This document shows, piece by piece, positions 62,658-64,000 of a DNA stretch of 64,000 bases. A program made the translations under genes and the position numbers. Position 1 is the stretch's first letter. The number at the start of each line of letters is the position of its first letter. The notes below the pieces were generated by a model. The model did no database searches. It saw only the letters and a list, made by a program, of their open reading frames with translations, and was not told the DNA's origin. The DNA is from Gekko japonicus (taxonomy: Eukaryota): positions 2,224,643 through 2,288,642 of the forward strand of contig NW_015169174.1 of NCBI RefSeq assembly GCF_001447785.1. Direction: 5' to 3'.

Positions 62658-64000
62658 CAGAGAATGTACCAATGTCCTTAAAAAGAAGAAAAATTACCCT
62701 CATGTTTCATATAAGATAGTTATCTCAAAAGCACTCCTGTTTTACAGGTCACATCAATCTTCATAACTAAAGGCTGTAGAAAATGGTGTATCTTGACCAC
62801 AACAATTGGTCAGAAGCCATTTAGGACACAGGAGCTTATAATAGACAGGTCTCAGAGACACCATGGATTTGCCAGTCATACACAGAACAAACAACCTATT
62901 ACGATCTGCAGTGATCTTAAATATTCATGAGAAAACTTTGAATGGAATGCCTTCAACAAATGCTTCAACCAAGTACTACAAAGTGGGCTCCTACCTTTTA
63001 AGGTGTGGATCTATTGTTCATGTGGATAAGCAGAGTGCAACACTGTCCAAAACCACATAAAAACTAACTCCAATGAAGACTTGATTCTTCAAGGGGGGGA
63101 AATAGCTTGCAAAAAGGTAAGAGTCTTAACAAAACTACGGGAATACTGCCAGATTGAAAACCCAAGAGAGTACTTGTAAATAAGGACTGAAAACCAACTC
63201 TGTGTTCCAGTCTTTTTCTCCAACATTTGTACAGAGACTTTTCCATCACCTCAATCTGATCTTGTGCTTCTGTTTCTTTTACTTCTACCTTTCCCATAAC
63301 TCCTTCCTAGTCAAAAGGTTAGCAGCTAGTACTGTTTTGATTTACTCCACTAACAAGAACTATAATTTAGTACTAACTACTCATGAGGAATTATAGTGCT
63401 GCTGGCTTGTGAGTAATTTGCCAAGGAAGACCGATTTAAGCTATATAAAATAAATATCCACCTGCATATACTAGCACTAATCAGGGCGTGAAATTAAACT
63501 TTTTATTCAGTAGAAAATAACTGCTGCAAGGCGGCGATTTAATCTGGAAAGCAAATATTAAGGTCGGCCAATTCATCTCAATGCCTGTAATATATATGCT
63601 AAGAGAAAGGGCATGGAGCACCAAATTCCACTTTCTAAATCTATGAAGCTAAATACTCCAATGATGTGTTAGCAAATTTACCATTTGTTTTTACTAATTG
63701 CATATATTTAATGAAGCAAACAAAACAAAAAAGCTAACAAAACTTGAACCCCACACTTCCCTTTGCTGTACCTAGAGCGACTAAAGAACAGGATCAAACA
63801 ACAGGAGTAAAGGAAGAGAAATCAAGAAAAGGTCTGGCACATAAATCTTAACCCAAGGGTTCAAAGCAGTCATTGCTTAATTGGTGCAAATTGAAATAGT
63901 TTCTAAAGAGGCACCTAGAAGTGACGAGGGTAGTGAAAACTGATCCTTAAAATATTGTAAATGGCTCTGTGGACCTCATGGTCAAAAAGCTCGATATAAT

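Larger units (their letters stand above)
16459..64000 (-). other. BTRC: BTRC intron 1 (partial; exon 1 lies beyond the window)
   Basis: Upstream of exon 2 on the minus strand. By reading, I found no match to the exon-1 peptide MDPAEAVLQEKALKFM. Confidence 0.75.

Overview
Vertebrate (squamate, most likely gecko) genomic DNA, judged from Sauria- and Squam3-type SINEs. The only host coding sequence I can support is the 108-nt cassette exon 2 of BTRC (beta-TrCP1/FBXW1A) on the minus strand at 16351-16458. I did not find exon 1 or exon 3, so the window appears to be BTRC intron 1 (>16458) and intron 2 (<16351), within the LBX1-BTRC-FGF8 regulatory neighbourhood as known from mammals. The introns are packed with nested mobile DNA: two DIRS tyrosine-recombinase retrotransposons (one with a Dam-like methyltransferase domain, one with a preserved ICR/terminal-repeat end), a Copia LTR element, Penelope-like elements with minimal hammerhead ribozymes, a TSD-bounded ORF1-only half-L1, L1/L2/CR1/RTE-X fragments, SINEs and many hAT MITEs with 8-bp TSDs. 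Repeat-free stretches contain enhancer-like motif clusters and candidate unannotated BTRC exons. Family names come from my recall of consensus sequences, not a database search; boundaries without a stated TSD are approximate. Most short ORFs in the supplied track are noise.
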